The position numbers and the translations under genes are program-made. This document shows, piece by piece, positions 55,835 through 63,978 of a stretch of DNA of 64,000 nucleotides. Where the stretch lies: IMG/VR virus record IMGVR_UViG_3300028048_000043. The stretch is one strand, 5' to 3'. Numbering within the stretch: position 1 is the stretch's first letter; the number at the start of each line of letters is the position of its first letter. A model generated the notes under the pieces. The model did no database searches and was not told the DNA's origin. It saw nothing but the letters and a program-made list of their open reading frames with translations. Source of the DNA: a virus (taxonomy: Duplodnaviria > Heunggongvirae > Uroviricota > Caudoviricetes).

Positions 55835-56185
55835 CTAAATCAATTTTTTAAGACAAAATTTGATAACAGCTTCAGCAGCATCTTCAAAAGAATGATATGC
55901 CATGTCGCTCTCTATTTTCTCACCACGATAAAGGATTATATATTGATAATAGTCCCAAAAAGTATTATAGTGTACTTCAACGTGCAAATTATGAACTTTC
56001 CTCAACCACTTCATTGTCATTTGAAGAGTTGGGTCGGAATATCGACGTCCAATATTCCAATTCCAATCAGCCTCCTTTCTATTAAACTTTCCTTCATTGT
56101 CATAAAACGAAGATACATACACATCAAACCCTTTCTCTTTCAGGAGCTTAGCCGTACCAAAGCTAACATAATCATCTGTAATCAT
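55835..56185 (-). CDS. MITEDYVSF-family paralog B
   Basis: MITDDYVSFGTAKLLKEKGFD ... PTLQMTMKWLRK ... AEAVIKFCLKKLI. Confidence 0.55.
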   Translation of the reverse strand: MITDDYVSFGTAKLLKEKGFDVYVSSFYDNEGKFNRKEADWNWNIGRRYSDPTLQMTMKWLRKVHNLHVEVHYNTFWDYYQYIILYRGEKIESDMAYHSFEDAAEAVIKFCLKKLI

Positions 56186-56268
56186 ATTGTTTTTTCCTCA
56201 AACATTTTTATATGCCTTGATTTAATACCAAAAAAGCGATCAACACTCCTTCCAAGTTCATTCCATTT

Positions 56269-56346
56269 TTAATTGAAGAAGAAAAAGAACGGCAGTCCTA
56301 CAATGCAAATAATCGTAACCACAATGTAATAAACTACTTTTTTCAT
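56269..56346 (-). CDS. 25-aa hydrophobic micro-peptide
   Basis: MKKVVYYIVVTIICIVGLPFFFFFN; speculative. Confidence 0.25.
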   Translation of the reverse strand: MKKVVYYIVVTIICIVGLPFFFFFN

Positions 56347-56351
56347 ATCTT

Positions 56352-56624
56352 TTATATTACGGTGAACATTGTATTAGACCAATAAAACACATCTCTGTCT
56401 TCTTTTATATGATAGATGTAATTATCACATGGTTTGGGGTAGTTAGATGTGAATACATTTCCATGTTTATCCATATGCCCTATGTAAGAAATGGTTACTT
56501 CTTTTCCACCAAACTTGTCTATCATTTCTTGTGTTAAACCAAATAGGTGTTTATATTTTGTTTCATGACCAATCACTCTTACTTTCTGCCCCACTTGGAA
56601 CATTGCATCATTTATCTTTTCCAT
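56352..56624 (-). CDS. hypothetical protein
   Basis: 90-aa ORF. Confidence 0.4.
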   Translation of the reverse strand: MEKINDAMFQVGQKVRVIGHETKYKHLFGLTQEMIDKFGGKEVTISYIGHMDKHGNVFTSNYPKPCDNYIYHIKEDRDVFYWSNTMFTVI

Positions 56625-56629
56625 AGTCC

Positions 56630-56989
56630 CTAGATCAATTTTTCAAGACAATATTTTATTGTCGATTCGCAGGCTTCTTCGAATGAATCAAACCCATTTC
56701 CACCAATTTTATTTTTATCTGATTCAACCTTAATGTCTTTACTATTACAAATAAATTGAACAGTTGGCATATAGTTTTTTGAACCGATACAGTCTACCAT
56801 TATATGAAGATTATGCTGATTTCTCAACCACTTCATTGCTGTTTGAAGAGTTGGTGCATATACACCATCAGGTGACTCCTGATCATAATCAGGTTCAGGA
56901 TAAAACCTATTTGATTCACAATTCCAGTCAAACCCCTTTTCTTTAAGAAGCTCTGCAATTTCAAGACTAACGTAATCTTCAGTAATCAT
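56630..56989 (-). CDS. MITEDYVSF-family paralog C
   Basis: MITEDYVSLEIAELLKEKGFD ... PTLQTAMKWLRN ... EACESTIKYCLEKLI. Confidence 0.55.
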   Translation of the reverse strand: MITEDYVSLEIAELLKEKGFDWNCESNRFYPEPDYDQESPDGVYAPTLQTAMKWLRNQHNLHIMVDCIGSKNYMPTVQFICNSKDIKVESDKNKIGGNGFDSFEEACESTIKYCLEKLI

Positions 56990-56992
56990 AAT

Positions 56993-57298
56993 CTATTTTT
57001 CTACATCAAACAACATATCTTCTGTAACGTCATATCCTCCATCCAAGTCCACACATTCAATATCAAAAGGATTTTCACACTCTTTGATTCTCTGGATAAA
57101 CATCTGCTTCAGCTCATCTATCCTATCCTTTGTGAAATACTTTTCCGTCACCAATGATGCCTGATTGTCTATGTCATTAGCATCATCAGGAAACGGCTTG
57201 GTATATACAGTTATATCATCATCTATCAAATGAGGCTTAAGAGCACATACGAATTTAAAGACATCGTTATCTACATATTTTTTACAATCCTTTTTCAT
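56993..57298 (-). CDS. hypothetical acidic protein
   Basis: 101-aa ORF; preceded by decayed paralog N-terminus. Confidence 0.4.
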   Translation of the reverse strand: MKKDCKKYVDNDVFKFVCALKPHLIDDDITVYTKPFPDDANDIDNQASLVTEKYFTKDRIDELKQMFIQRIKECENPFDIECVDLDGGYDVTEDMLFDVEK

Positions 57299-57402
57299 AT
57301 CCTATAAAAAATTTTTGCCAAATCATATAAGCAAGCACACGTTTCATTAACCCATTTCAAGAGTTTTGCGGTTTAAAAGCTAACACAATATTCAGTCATC
57401 AT
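57299..57402 (-). pseudogene. decayed N-terminal remnant of a MITEDYVSF-family gene
   Basis: minus strand reads MMTEYCVSF*TAKLLKWVNE (cf. MITEDYVSFETAKLLKEKGFDE) with in-frame stop. Confidence 0.45.
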
Positions 57403-57776
57403 ATCAAATTTTCAAGGCAATATTTTATTGCTGCTTCACACGCCCCCTCTTGATTTTCATAAACCCATCCTTGAGAATAAACATCATTGTGTTTTGCAAC
57501 AACGATTTCAACCTTCCACAAAAACTTCTCTTTATCGAGTACACTACTCAGGACAGGTATAACAGCAATACCTTTCTTTTCCCTCAACCACTTCATTGCC
57601 ATTTGAATAGTTGGTGCTAGGATAGCATTATGCATTTCACATCCAGATGCTTCAACCTCATATTTTTCATAACTAAAAGAACCAGCGCTCCCATAATGAG
57701 CTCTACATCCTTCATCAAACCCCTTTTCCTTAAGGAGTTTTGCTGTTTCGAAGCTTACGTAATCTTCTGTTATCAT
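57399..57776 (-). CDS. MITEDYVSF-family paralog D
   Basis: start placed at MITEDY (57776) rather than the upstream Met at 57800 given by the ORF track; PTIQMAMKWLREK ... CEAAIKYCLENLI. Confidence 0.55.
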   Translation of the reverse strand: MITEDYVSFETAKLLKEKGFDEGCRAHYGSAGSFSYEKYEVEASGCEMHNAILAPTIQMAMKWLREKKGIAVIPVLSSVLDKEKFLWKVEIVVAKHNDVYSQGWVYENQEGACEAAIKYCLENLI

Positions 57777-57777
57777 A

Positions 57778-58032
57778 TTACTGTTTGTTTTTATGTTCAT
57801 ACCAAATGTAACGGAGTCTTGCTAATATACTGCGTTCGTGTAATGATCCGCATAATGGGCACTTGCAATATTTGCGAGGAGAAACGTACGAGAAAAAATC
57901 GTTAGGATAATCGGCAACAAAAGTTGTTTTGCTATAATTAAATCCATTTTCTTCCTTTTTACAAGTCTTACATACAAACATGTATTTTTTACTCTTTGTC
58001 TTTTTTGGTGGAACGGTTTTTACTATTTCCAT
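57778..58032 (-). CDS. Zn-ribbon small protein
   Basis: CKTCKK ... CKCPLCG. Confidence 0.4.
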   Translation of the reverse strand: MEIVKTVPPKKTKSKKYMFVCKTCKKEENGFNYSKTTFVADYPNDFFSYVSPRKYCKCPLCGSLHERSILARLRYIWYEHKNKQ

Positions 58033-58047
58033 AATCTAAATCAAATT

Positions 58048-58290
58048 TTAAAGATATATTCCAAAAGGGCTCCATCCATAAGGAAGAATCATATATTCTT
58101 CTGGATTCTTGTGCGAGTCTTCTGTTACCTTCAACCAAATCTCCCTCTCTTTTTGTGCTTTAAGGAATTTTGCATTATCTTTAATCCTGCGTTTCTTTAA
58201 AGCTTCATTCCGACGGATTTTTTCGTTTTCTTCTTGTATATCGACAATTGCTGTTGCTATATCGACAATTAAACTAAATGAATTAAACAT
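58048..58290 (-). CDS. hypothetical protein
   Basis: 80-aa ORF, basic. Confidence 0.35.
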   Translation of the reverse strand: MFNSFSLIVDIATAIVDIQEENEKIRRNEALKKRRIKDNAKFLKAQKEREIWLKVTEDSHKNPEEYMILPYGWSPFGIYL

Positions 58291-58716
58291 CTAGATCAAA
58301 TTTTCAAGACAGTACTTTATTGCTGCTTCACAAGCTTGTTCATAAGTCTTGTAAATAGCATCAGACTCATCTTTGATCAAACTGCATCCTTTGGAATGAT
58401 ATTCAATCCTGTACCACCAATCATTACTTTCTTGAATTGCGTCATGGAATGGATAGATTTCAAGATAAAAAGTATTCCTCAACCACTTCATAGCCATTTG
58501 AAGAGTTGGTGTGGAACAGTAAACAATGTGCCCATATGGTTTATTTTCTAATTCACTATTAGTTAGCATTAAATTAGCAGATATAAATAATTCTTCCTCA
58601 TCTACTATTTTATTGTTGACTAATTTTTTTCTATAAGAGCATTGGCATTTCTCATCAAACCCCTTTTCTTTCAGGAGTTTTGCAACTTCAAAAGAAACGT
58701 AATCTTCCGTAATCAT
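58291..58716 (-). CDS. MITEDYVSF-family paralog E
   Basis: MITEDYVSFEVAKLLKEKGFDE ... PTLQMAMKWLRN ... EQACEAAIKYCLENLI. Confidence 0.55.
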   Translation of the reverse strand: MITEDYVSFEVAKLLKEKGFDEKCQCSYRKKLVNNKIVDEEELFISANLMLTNSELENKPYGHIVYCSTPTLQMAMKWLRNTFYLEIYPFHDAIQESNDWWYRIEYHSKGCSLIKDESDAIYKTYEQACEAAIKYCLENLI

Positions 58717-58718
58717 AA

Positions 58719-58940
58719 CTAATCGTTTTTACATTTTGCTAACAAAGCCCTGATTGCCTTGTAAAGGCGCCTTATAAATTTAACTGGGAACAAAATTGCC
58801 CAGAAGGAAATGATGAGGACAAACATATTTTTATCATCCTCCGACATATCTGGAGGAGTCGGAATATTATGGATTGCACAATAGATACAGGCAAAAACAA
58901 ACCCAATTACTAAATAAAGTAAGATTAGTAAAATTACCAT
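58719..58940 (-). CDS. small membrane protein
   Basis: 73 aa, 2 TM helices. Confidence 0.4.
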   Translation of the reverse strand: MVILLILLYLVIGFVFACIYCAIHNIPTPPDMSEDDKNMFVLIISFWAILFPVKFIRRLYKAIRALLAKCKND

Positions 58941-58943
58941 ATT

Positions 58944-59351
58944 TTAAATCAAATTTTCAAGACAATATTTTATAGCAACTTCGCAGGCTTCTTCATAAGT
59001 GTTAAAATTTTTTGGAAAACCGTTTTTGTGAGCTAATGGATTTAGTTCTTCAATAGTTGCTGCTTTATGTATGAGAGAATTTCCTGATTTAGTTTCAAGA
59101 ACATATACATAATAGCGAGGATGATATATTTCAGGATTTTCAGAAAATGTTAAATTTACTTCAATATATAGGTTATATTTCTCCCTCAACCACTTCATTG
59201 CCATTTGAAGAGTTGGAGCAACTGGTCCATAACAATATCCACTACATAAATCTCCCTGTGTGTTATACTGCTTATGGCAACCAAATTGTTCAAACCCCTT
59301 CTCTTTCAAGAGTAGTGCCGTTTCAAAGCTAACATAATCTTCCGTAATCAT
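58944..59351 (-). CDS. MITEDYVSF-family paralog F
   Basis: MITEDYVSFETALLLKEKGFEQ ... PTLQMAMKWLREK ... EEACEVAIKYCLENLI. Confidence 0.55.
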   Translation of the reverse strand: MITEDYVSFETALLLKEKGFEQFGCHKQYNTQGDLCSGYCYGPVAPTLQMAMKWLREKYNLYIEVNLTFSENPEIYHPRYYVYVLETKSGNSLIHKAATIEELNPLAHKNGFPKNFNTYEEACEVAIKYCLENLI

Positions 59352-59362
59352 AACAATTTTTA

Positions 59363-59554
59363 CTAGCAGTTAATTCTTATAGCATATCCTTTGCTGACAT
59401 ATTCTTCAAACTGTTCCTGTGTAACATCAGCATCTTCCCATGTGACGGGGTATCCTGACGGGGTTGATAAATCATCGCCTTCTCTTAAACACCTTCTATC
59501 ATGTTCATGCATCATTTTCGCCCAAGAGTAATCCTTGCTAAATTTAATTTTCAT
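59363..59554 (-). CDS. hypothetical protein
   Basis: 63-aa ORF. Confidence 0.35.
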   Translation of the reverse strand: MKIKFSKDYSWAKMMHEHDRRCLREGDDLSTPSGYPVTWEDADVTQEQFEEYVSKGYAIRINC

Positions 59555-59556
59555 AA

Positions 59557-60027
59557 CTAAATCAAATTTTCAAGACAATACTTAATGGCTGCTTCGCATG
59601 CTTTTTCATAAGGAATGTGTTCGGCTTCATGCCTTTTCCACCTATCTGTAAAAATGGTTGTTTTAACAGCCCACCCATAATGCCACTCTAAATCCTCATT
59701 GGAATCTCCTGTGCAAATTGGGTTAAGTTCTATATGAATGTTATGTTTCTCTCTCAACCACTTCATTGCCGCCCACAATGTTGGAGCCGCCCACACTTTA
59801 CCGTCTTCATCACTATTGCTACAGTTAAAATAGTATAATGCACCACCCTCTACATACTCAATTTCATTCTCCATGCCTTCATCTTTAAGATCACATTCTT
59901 CATCGAAGCTGATATTCTCTCCATTATGAAGTACAGCAACACCGTAGCAGCACCGACACCATTCCTTAAACCCTTTTTCTTTTAAGAGTTTTGCCGTTTC
60001 AAAACTAACGTAGTCTTCGGTAATCAT
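59557..60027 (-). CDS. MITEDYVSF-family paralog G
   Basis: MITEDYVSFETAKLLKEKGFKE ... PTLWAAMKWLREK ... EKACEAAIKYCLENLI. Confidence 0.55.
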   Translation of the reverse strand: MITEDYVSFETAKLLKEKGFKEWCRCCYGVAVLHNGENISFDEECDLKDEGMENEIEYVEGGALYYFNCSNSDEDGKVWAAPTLWAAMKWLREKHNIHIELNPICTGDSNEDLEWHYGWAVKTTIFTDRWKRHEAEHIPYEKACEAAIKYCLENLI

Positions 60028-60030
60028 ATT

Positions 60031-60270
60031 TTACACGTTTTCAATTAAATCGTTTTTATTAACCGATGGTAATTGTGGCTGTAGTGGTTTACCGAAGTTC
60101 ATTTGCCCCAGCCAAATTACGCCTGTAAACAAAACCTTGAGGCGTTCTTTAAGTGAAAGCTTATAGCAGGTTACGGATACATTGCCAACCTTTTGTGCGT
60201 GTAAAGGAATATATTCAGATTGTCCTTTACCATAAACTACATTACATCCTTCAAATTCTATATTTTTCAT
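60031..60270 (-). CDS. hypothetical protein
   Basis: 79-aa ORF. Confidence 0.4.
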   Translation of the reverse strand: MKNIEFEGCNVVYGKGQSEYIPLHAQKVGNVSVTCYKLSLKERLKVLFTGVIWLGQMNFGKPLQPQLPSVNKNDLIENV

Positions 60271-60274
60271 ATCT

Positions 60275-60514
60275 TATTCAAAAACTTTAGCTTCGCCTAA
60301 ATCCTCAAAACTTGCTTTATCATATTTTGCTCTCACACCAACAATCAAGTCATTGTTGTCTTCAAATGGATGATAAAACCTTACCTCTGAAACAATGCAT
60401 ATGTTTAGAGCCGTCGGCATCTAAGCTATAATACTTTTCCTCATCGCTAACTGCCATAGAAATATCTTCTTCTGAAAATGGAAGAAGCTTTTCTATTAAA
60501 TCCTTGTATTTCAT
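60275..60514 (-). pseudogene. two overlapping 50-aa ORFs, possibly one frameshifted gene of about 86 aa
   Basis: MKYKDLIEKLLPFSEEDISMAVSDEEKYYSLDADGSKHMHCF then +1 frame ...RFYHPFEDNNDLIVGVRAKYDKASFEDLGEAKVFE. Confidence 0.3.
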
Positions 60515-60526
60515 AGTAATTTTCCT

Positions 60527-60733
60527 TTATTTTATATTTTTATCATTTTTAATCCTAATGACAGCAAAAGCACCATTCATACATTCAGCGCGTGCATTAA
60601 AACCAAAATCTTTGATATAATTTCTACCTTCAGCAACAGCATTTGGAATATATGAACGTATGAAATGGTCTCTTTCAAAAAATGAATTGTATCTCTTGTT
60701 CGCTTCGTCAATGATTTCTTTTTCTGTCTTCAT
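60527..60733 (-). CDS. hypothetical protein
   Basis: 68-aa ORF. Confidence 0.35.
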   Translation of the reverse strand: MKTEKEIIDEANKRYNSFFERDHFIRSYIPNAVAEGRNYIKDFGFNARAECMNGAFAVIRIKNDKNIK

Positions 60734-60810
60734 TTCCTTTCATTCAACAGCCAACCAGTTAGCTGCGCACCTGGCTTCAAAGCACCTTTGCCTTATATTA
60801 TCTTCCATCG

Positions 60811-61053
60811 TCATTTCTCAAACCATCTTGGCTCATCAAACCCCATTTCTATATAGACAGAGTCCTCTCCACATTTGTAGTCTGTGGCAACCATTTCTAT
60901 CTTCGCGTTGGCAACCCTGCTTCCCTGAAGCATACACACATGCACATCACAGTCGTGCCCAATGTCATCCCTGATTTCTTGGAGGCGTTCAATAAGCCCG
61001 TCAAGCGTCATTAGTTTATTAGTCGCCATATTCACATCTTGTTTACGATGCAA
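60811..61053 (-). CDS. hypothetical protein
   Basis: 80-aa ORF. Confidence 0.35.
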   Translation of the reverse strand: MHRKQDVNMATNKLMTLDGLIERLQEIRDDIGHDCDVHVCMLQGSRVANAKIEMVATDYKCGEDSVYIEMGFDEPRWFEK

Positions 61054-61094
61054 AGATAAGAAATATAAATCAAAAATCCAAATTTATTTCAATC

Positions 61095-61496
61095 CTATTT
61101 TGCATAGAAGTTCTCGAACGGTTCAATGCTGACGATTCCGTAGAAAGGTTTCTTGATACCTTGATATTCGTCTGAAAACATTTGTGGTATAACTTTCATT
61201 AGGAATCCTCGACCAGTGCTTCCATCGCCCCATTCGTATTTTGACTTCGTGCCATCCATCATCTTTTCAATGTGCTGTTCGATAATTTCAGACACTATAT
61301 GCGGATCGAAGTCAAACGGAAATTCATTCCAACCTTCATCACAATTCCATCCAAGACAGTATTTTCCGTCTTCTGCTATCTGATAGAACAATTCCTTTGC
61401 ATTTGACTTTCCATAATGTCTAAGAGCAAAACGTATAGCGTCCTCCAATTGTTCCAAAGAACCGCTTATTTCAAAAATTTGATTGCTTGAAAACAT
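61095..61496 (-). CDS. hypothetical protein
   Basis: 133-aa ORF. Confidence 0.4.
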   Translation of the reverse strand: MFSSNQIFEISGSLEQLEDAIRFALRHYGKSNAKELFYQIAEDGKYCLGWNCDEGWNEFPFDFDPHIVSEIIEQHIEKMMDGTKSKYEWGDGSTGRGFLMKVIPQMFSDEYQGIKKPFYGIVSIEPFENFYAK

Positions 61497-61598
61497 ATTC
61501 TACTATTTTTATTTTACGCAATTTTATCAAAATCCAATTCTTTCTGCTTATCTTCTTCGATCATAGAAGCAAGATGTTTTCTAAGTTGTTCAACAATA

Positions 61599-61787
61599 TT
61601 ACTCAGAATTATTATCTTTATGTATTGGATGCCATTCGTAAGAAGTTTCAAATTCAATACTATCTCCATCATATCCACAATGCGGACATATATATCTTAC
61701 TCTGTTATGATATGAGGAATAATCTTCACAATCTTCAAATGATTTCATACATTTTGGGCAAACCAAATTTGGAATAATGTTACTCAT
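61599..61787 (-). CDS. Zn-ribbon small protein
   Basis: CPKC ... CPHCG. Confidence 0.4.
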   Translation of the reverse strand: MSNIIPNLVCPKCMKSFEDCEDYSSYHNRVRYICPHCGYDGDSIEFETSYEWHPIHKDNNSE

Positions 61788-61825
61788 AATTTATAAATTT
61801 TTAACATATTCTTTATCGTAAATGG

Positions 61826-62122
61826 TTAAGCTTTCTCCTCCATTATTTTTTTCTTGTACTCTCCAAAATTCTTTTTTATCCACCAAACGGTTGCGTAATC
61901 TCTGTCGTCACAACTATCAAGAAACTTTAAGATTAGTGCTTCAATGTCTTTCTCCGCCTGCTCGTAGCCTTTTTGAGCGGCGCACATAAGTTCATAATGA
62001 GTGAAACTTTTTTCTTTGGTATTATAAACAACCCTACCTGTTTTGCCTTGAACACTAATCATTATGCCGTTGGCAATTAGTTCCGCTTTTTCTTTTGCTC
62101 TTTTACTCATGGATAATTTCAA
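61826..62122 (-). CDS. hypothetical protein
   Basis: 98-aa ORF. Confidence 0.4.
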   Translation of the reverse strand: MKLSMSKRAKEKAELIANGIMISVQGKTGRVVYNTKEKSFTHYELMCAAQKGYEQAEKDIEALILKFLDSCDDRDYATVWWIKKNFGEYKKKIMEEKA

Positions 62123-62333
62123 ATTTTATAAGTTCTTCTTTGGTGAATAATCGCGGGTATCTCCCATCCTCAATGTAATGCCACCTTTCCCACCAATGGA
62201 ATTTCTTTTCAACTGTATAGCGAATCTCGTCACCAATAATCAATTCATGTATTTTTGTTTTACTCATGGCTCTCATACTCCTTGAATCCGGGAAGTTTCT
62301 TAAGACGACTAATTGAGATAGCGTTTTCCCCAA
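62103..62333 (-). CDS. hypothetical protein
   Basis: 76-aa ORF. Confidence 0.35.
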   Translation of the reverse strand: MGKTLSQLVVLRNFPDSRSMRAMSKTKIHELIIGDEIRYTVEKKFHWWERWHYIEDGRYPRLFTKEELIKFEIIHE

Positions 62334-63165
62334 TGTAAAGCATCTTATCTCCGACTATATTTGTGCCGACATGGGGGATTCTTACGTTAGTATTATCATC
62401 TTTTTTTATTGTCTTCCACTTCGGCAAGTCTTTCATTACTTCTGCTTTGCCGTATAAAACGCCGTTCTCATAGACAATATTATCTGCTTTCTCGTAAGCC
62501 TTTGCGATCTCGGAATCAATTTCCGGCTGGAGTTGTTTGCGGGCACATTCAAGTATTACGCGGCATAACCCCTTGAGGTCATAACATCCACCTATATCTT
62601 CATTGTAAAAGATTTCGCACTTAATAGCAAGGAGGTCTTTAATCCTTTGCTCGAACTCGGTAAGCTCTGTCTTATCCATATTCTCCGAAACATCTTTCAT
62701 CGCTTCGGTGTCAACCTTTTCAACAGCATCGTGAAATGCTTTCTTCTCTATAACATATCCCCGCCTGACAAGTTCTTCCTTTGCGATCGTGAGAAGTTTA
62801 TCCGCCCAGTTGTGTAAACTATCCTCTACCGTTCCTTGATTGTCATGGGAGCATACTAGCAAATGATGATTATAGAAACTCTCCAACTCCTTCTCAAACT
62901 CGCTCAGTTCTGGATCTGGAGTAATAATGAAAAGGTCTGTTTCGGTTTCAAAAGGAAAAGCCCTTCCAAACTCGTTGCAGGAGTATGGATATTCCTTATC
63001 TTTGTCATCCAATCCGTCATGTTCTGTTACGAGAAAAATAACGGGAGTACAACTATTAGCATCCCAGCATACCACCCTCGCAGGTGATCCACATCTTGTT
63101 TCAACTTTGTACTCACCACTTTCAACCTGTGGCTTAAATTTAATATTAAACGGAATCTTTGCCAT
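62260..63165 (-). CDS. hypothetical protein; N-terminal domain paralogous to 41096-41623
   Basis: PFNIKFKPQ...VETRCGSPARVVCWD and DLFIITPDPELSEFEKEL. Confidence 0.45.
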   Translation of the reverse strand: MAKIPFNIKFKPQVESGEYKVETRCGSPARVVCWDANSCTPVIFLVTEHDGLDDKDKEYPYSCNEFGRAFPFETETDLFIITPDPELSEFEKELESFYNHHLLVCSHDNQGTVEDSLHNWADKLLTIAKEELVRRGYVIEKKAFHDAVEKVDTEAMKDVSENMDKTELTEFEQRIKDLLAIKCEIFYNEDIGGCYDLKGLCRVILECARKQLQPEIDSEIAKAYEKADNIVYENGVLYGKAEVMKDLPKWKTIKKDDNTNVRIPHVGTNIVGDKMLYIGENAISISRLKKLPGFKEYESHE

Positions 63166-63188
63166 ATTTCTTTGCCTTATTTTTTAGG

Positions 63189-63587
63189 TTACTGCTTCTT
63201 TCTGATTTGGACGATTACCTTATCGCCAAGTTTGAAACCATCGCATTCGTAGAGATTCATGCATATTCCGGCTGGTCCGTTGAGTGGCGTCCTGCGCACG
63301 GTACATTCTTCTACATATCCCTGTCCCGCCATCCACTCGGCTCCAGCTTTGAAAGTGTCCTTATCTGCTTGATATGATGCCGTCTCTTCATAAGGGTCGG
63401 CGTTAGATGAAATACCCCTGTTTGCATATTTCTCTGCCGCCTCGTCAAGGTTGGGTGGAAGGGAATGCTGGGAAAGAACGATTTCAATAGCCTCAGCAAT
63501 TTCCATCATTTTAGTAGAATCGGTAGGATTGTTATGCCTCCAATCAATAATTTTCTTTACTATTTTATTTGCTTCTTCTTTTGTCAT
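63189..63587 (-). CDS. hypothetical protein with shared C-terminal FKAG module
   Basis: AAEKYA...FKAGAEWMAGQG...GDKVIVQIRKKQ. Confidence 0.4.
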   Translation of the reverse strand: MTKEEANKIVKKIIDWRHNNPTDSTKMMEIAEAIEIVLSQHSLPPNLDEAAEKYANRGISSNADPYEETASYQADKDTFKAGAEWMAGQGYVEECTVRRTPLNGPAGICMNLYECDGFKLGDKVIVQIRKKQ

Positions 63588-63588
63588 A

Positions 63589-63978
63589 TTACATTGAGTT
63601 TAGTTTGTCAATCAGTTGCTTGTAGCAAGCCTTTCTTATCGCACTTGCGTTTTCGTTGAGATAGGTTTCTTTCGCCCACTCCATCAGAGCGTCCTTGCGG
63701 ATGTATATCGTATCATGTCGATTTAATCCTTGTTTTGTTACCATTGGTCCGTGCCAAGGGTGTTTTTCAACAAAAGGAAAATTCACATATATCTTATCCG
63801 GTACTTCCATATTAGTCATCCTTTCTTGCATTTGCGATGGCATACTCCATCCCATAGACAGCAACCAAATACGGGTCAATCGCTCTACCATCGGAAGTGT
63901 ACTCCGTGCCAATTTTGTTGCCGCGATCATCGTAATCTTTTCTATCAGGCATTGGATTACAACCATTAAGATCAGCAC
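63589..63978 (-). CDS. hypothetical protein
   Basis: 129-aa ORF; may continue beyond window. Confidence 0.4.
   Translation of the reverse strand: MLILMVVIQCLIEKITMIAATKLARSTLPMVERLTRIWLLSMGWSMPSQMQERMTNMEVPDKIYVNFPFVEKHPWHGPMVTKQGLNRHDTIYIRKDALMEWAKETYLNENASAIRKACYKQLIDKLNSM

Noticed and set aside
55421-60027. Regularly spaced about 50-60 bp DNA repeats that might be read as a CRISPR-like array
   Set aside because: The repeats are the conserved 5' and 3' coding ends of the intact ORFs of the MITEDYVSF family. The spacers are 200-350 bp of coding sequence of unequal length. There is no short, regular repeat-spacer periodicity.
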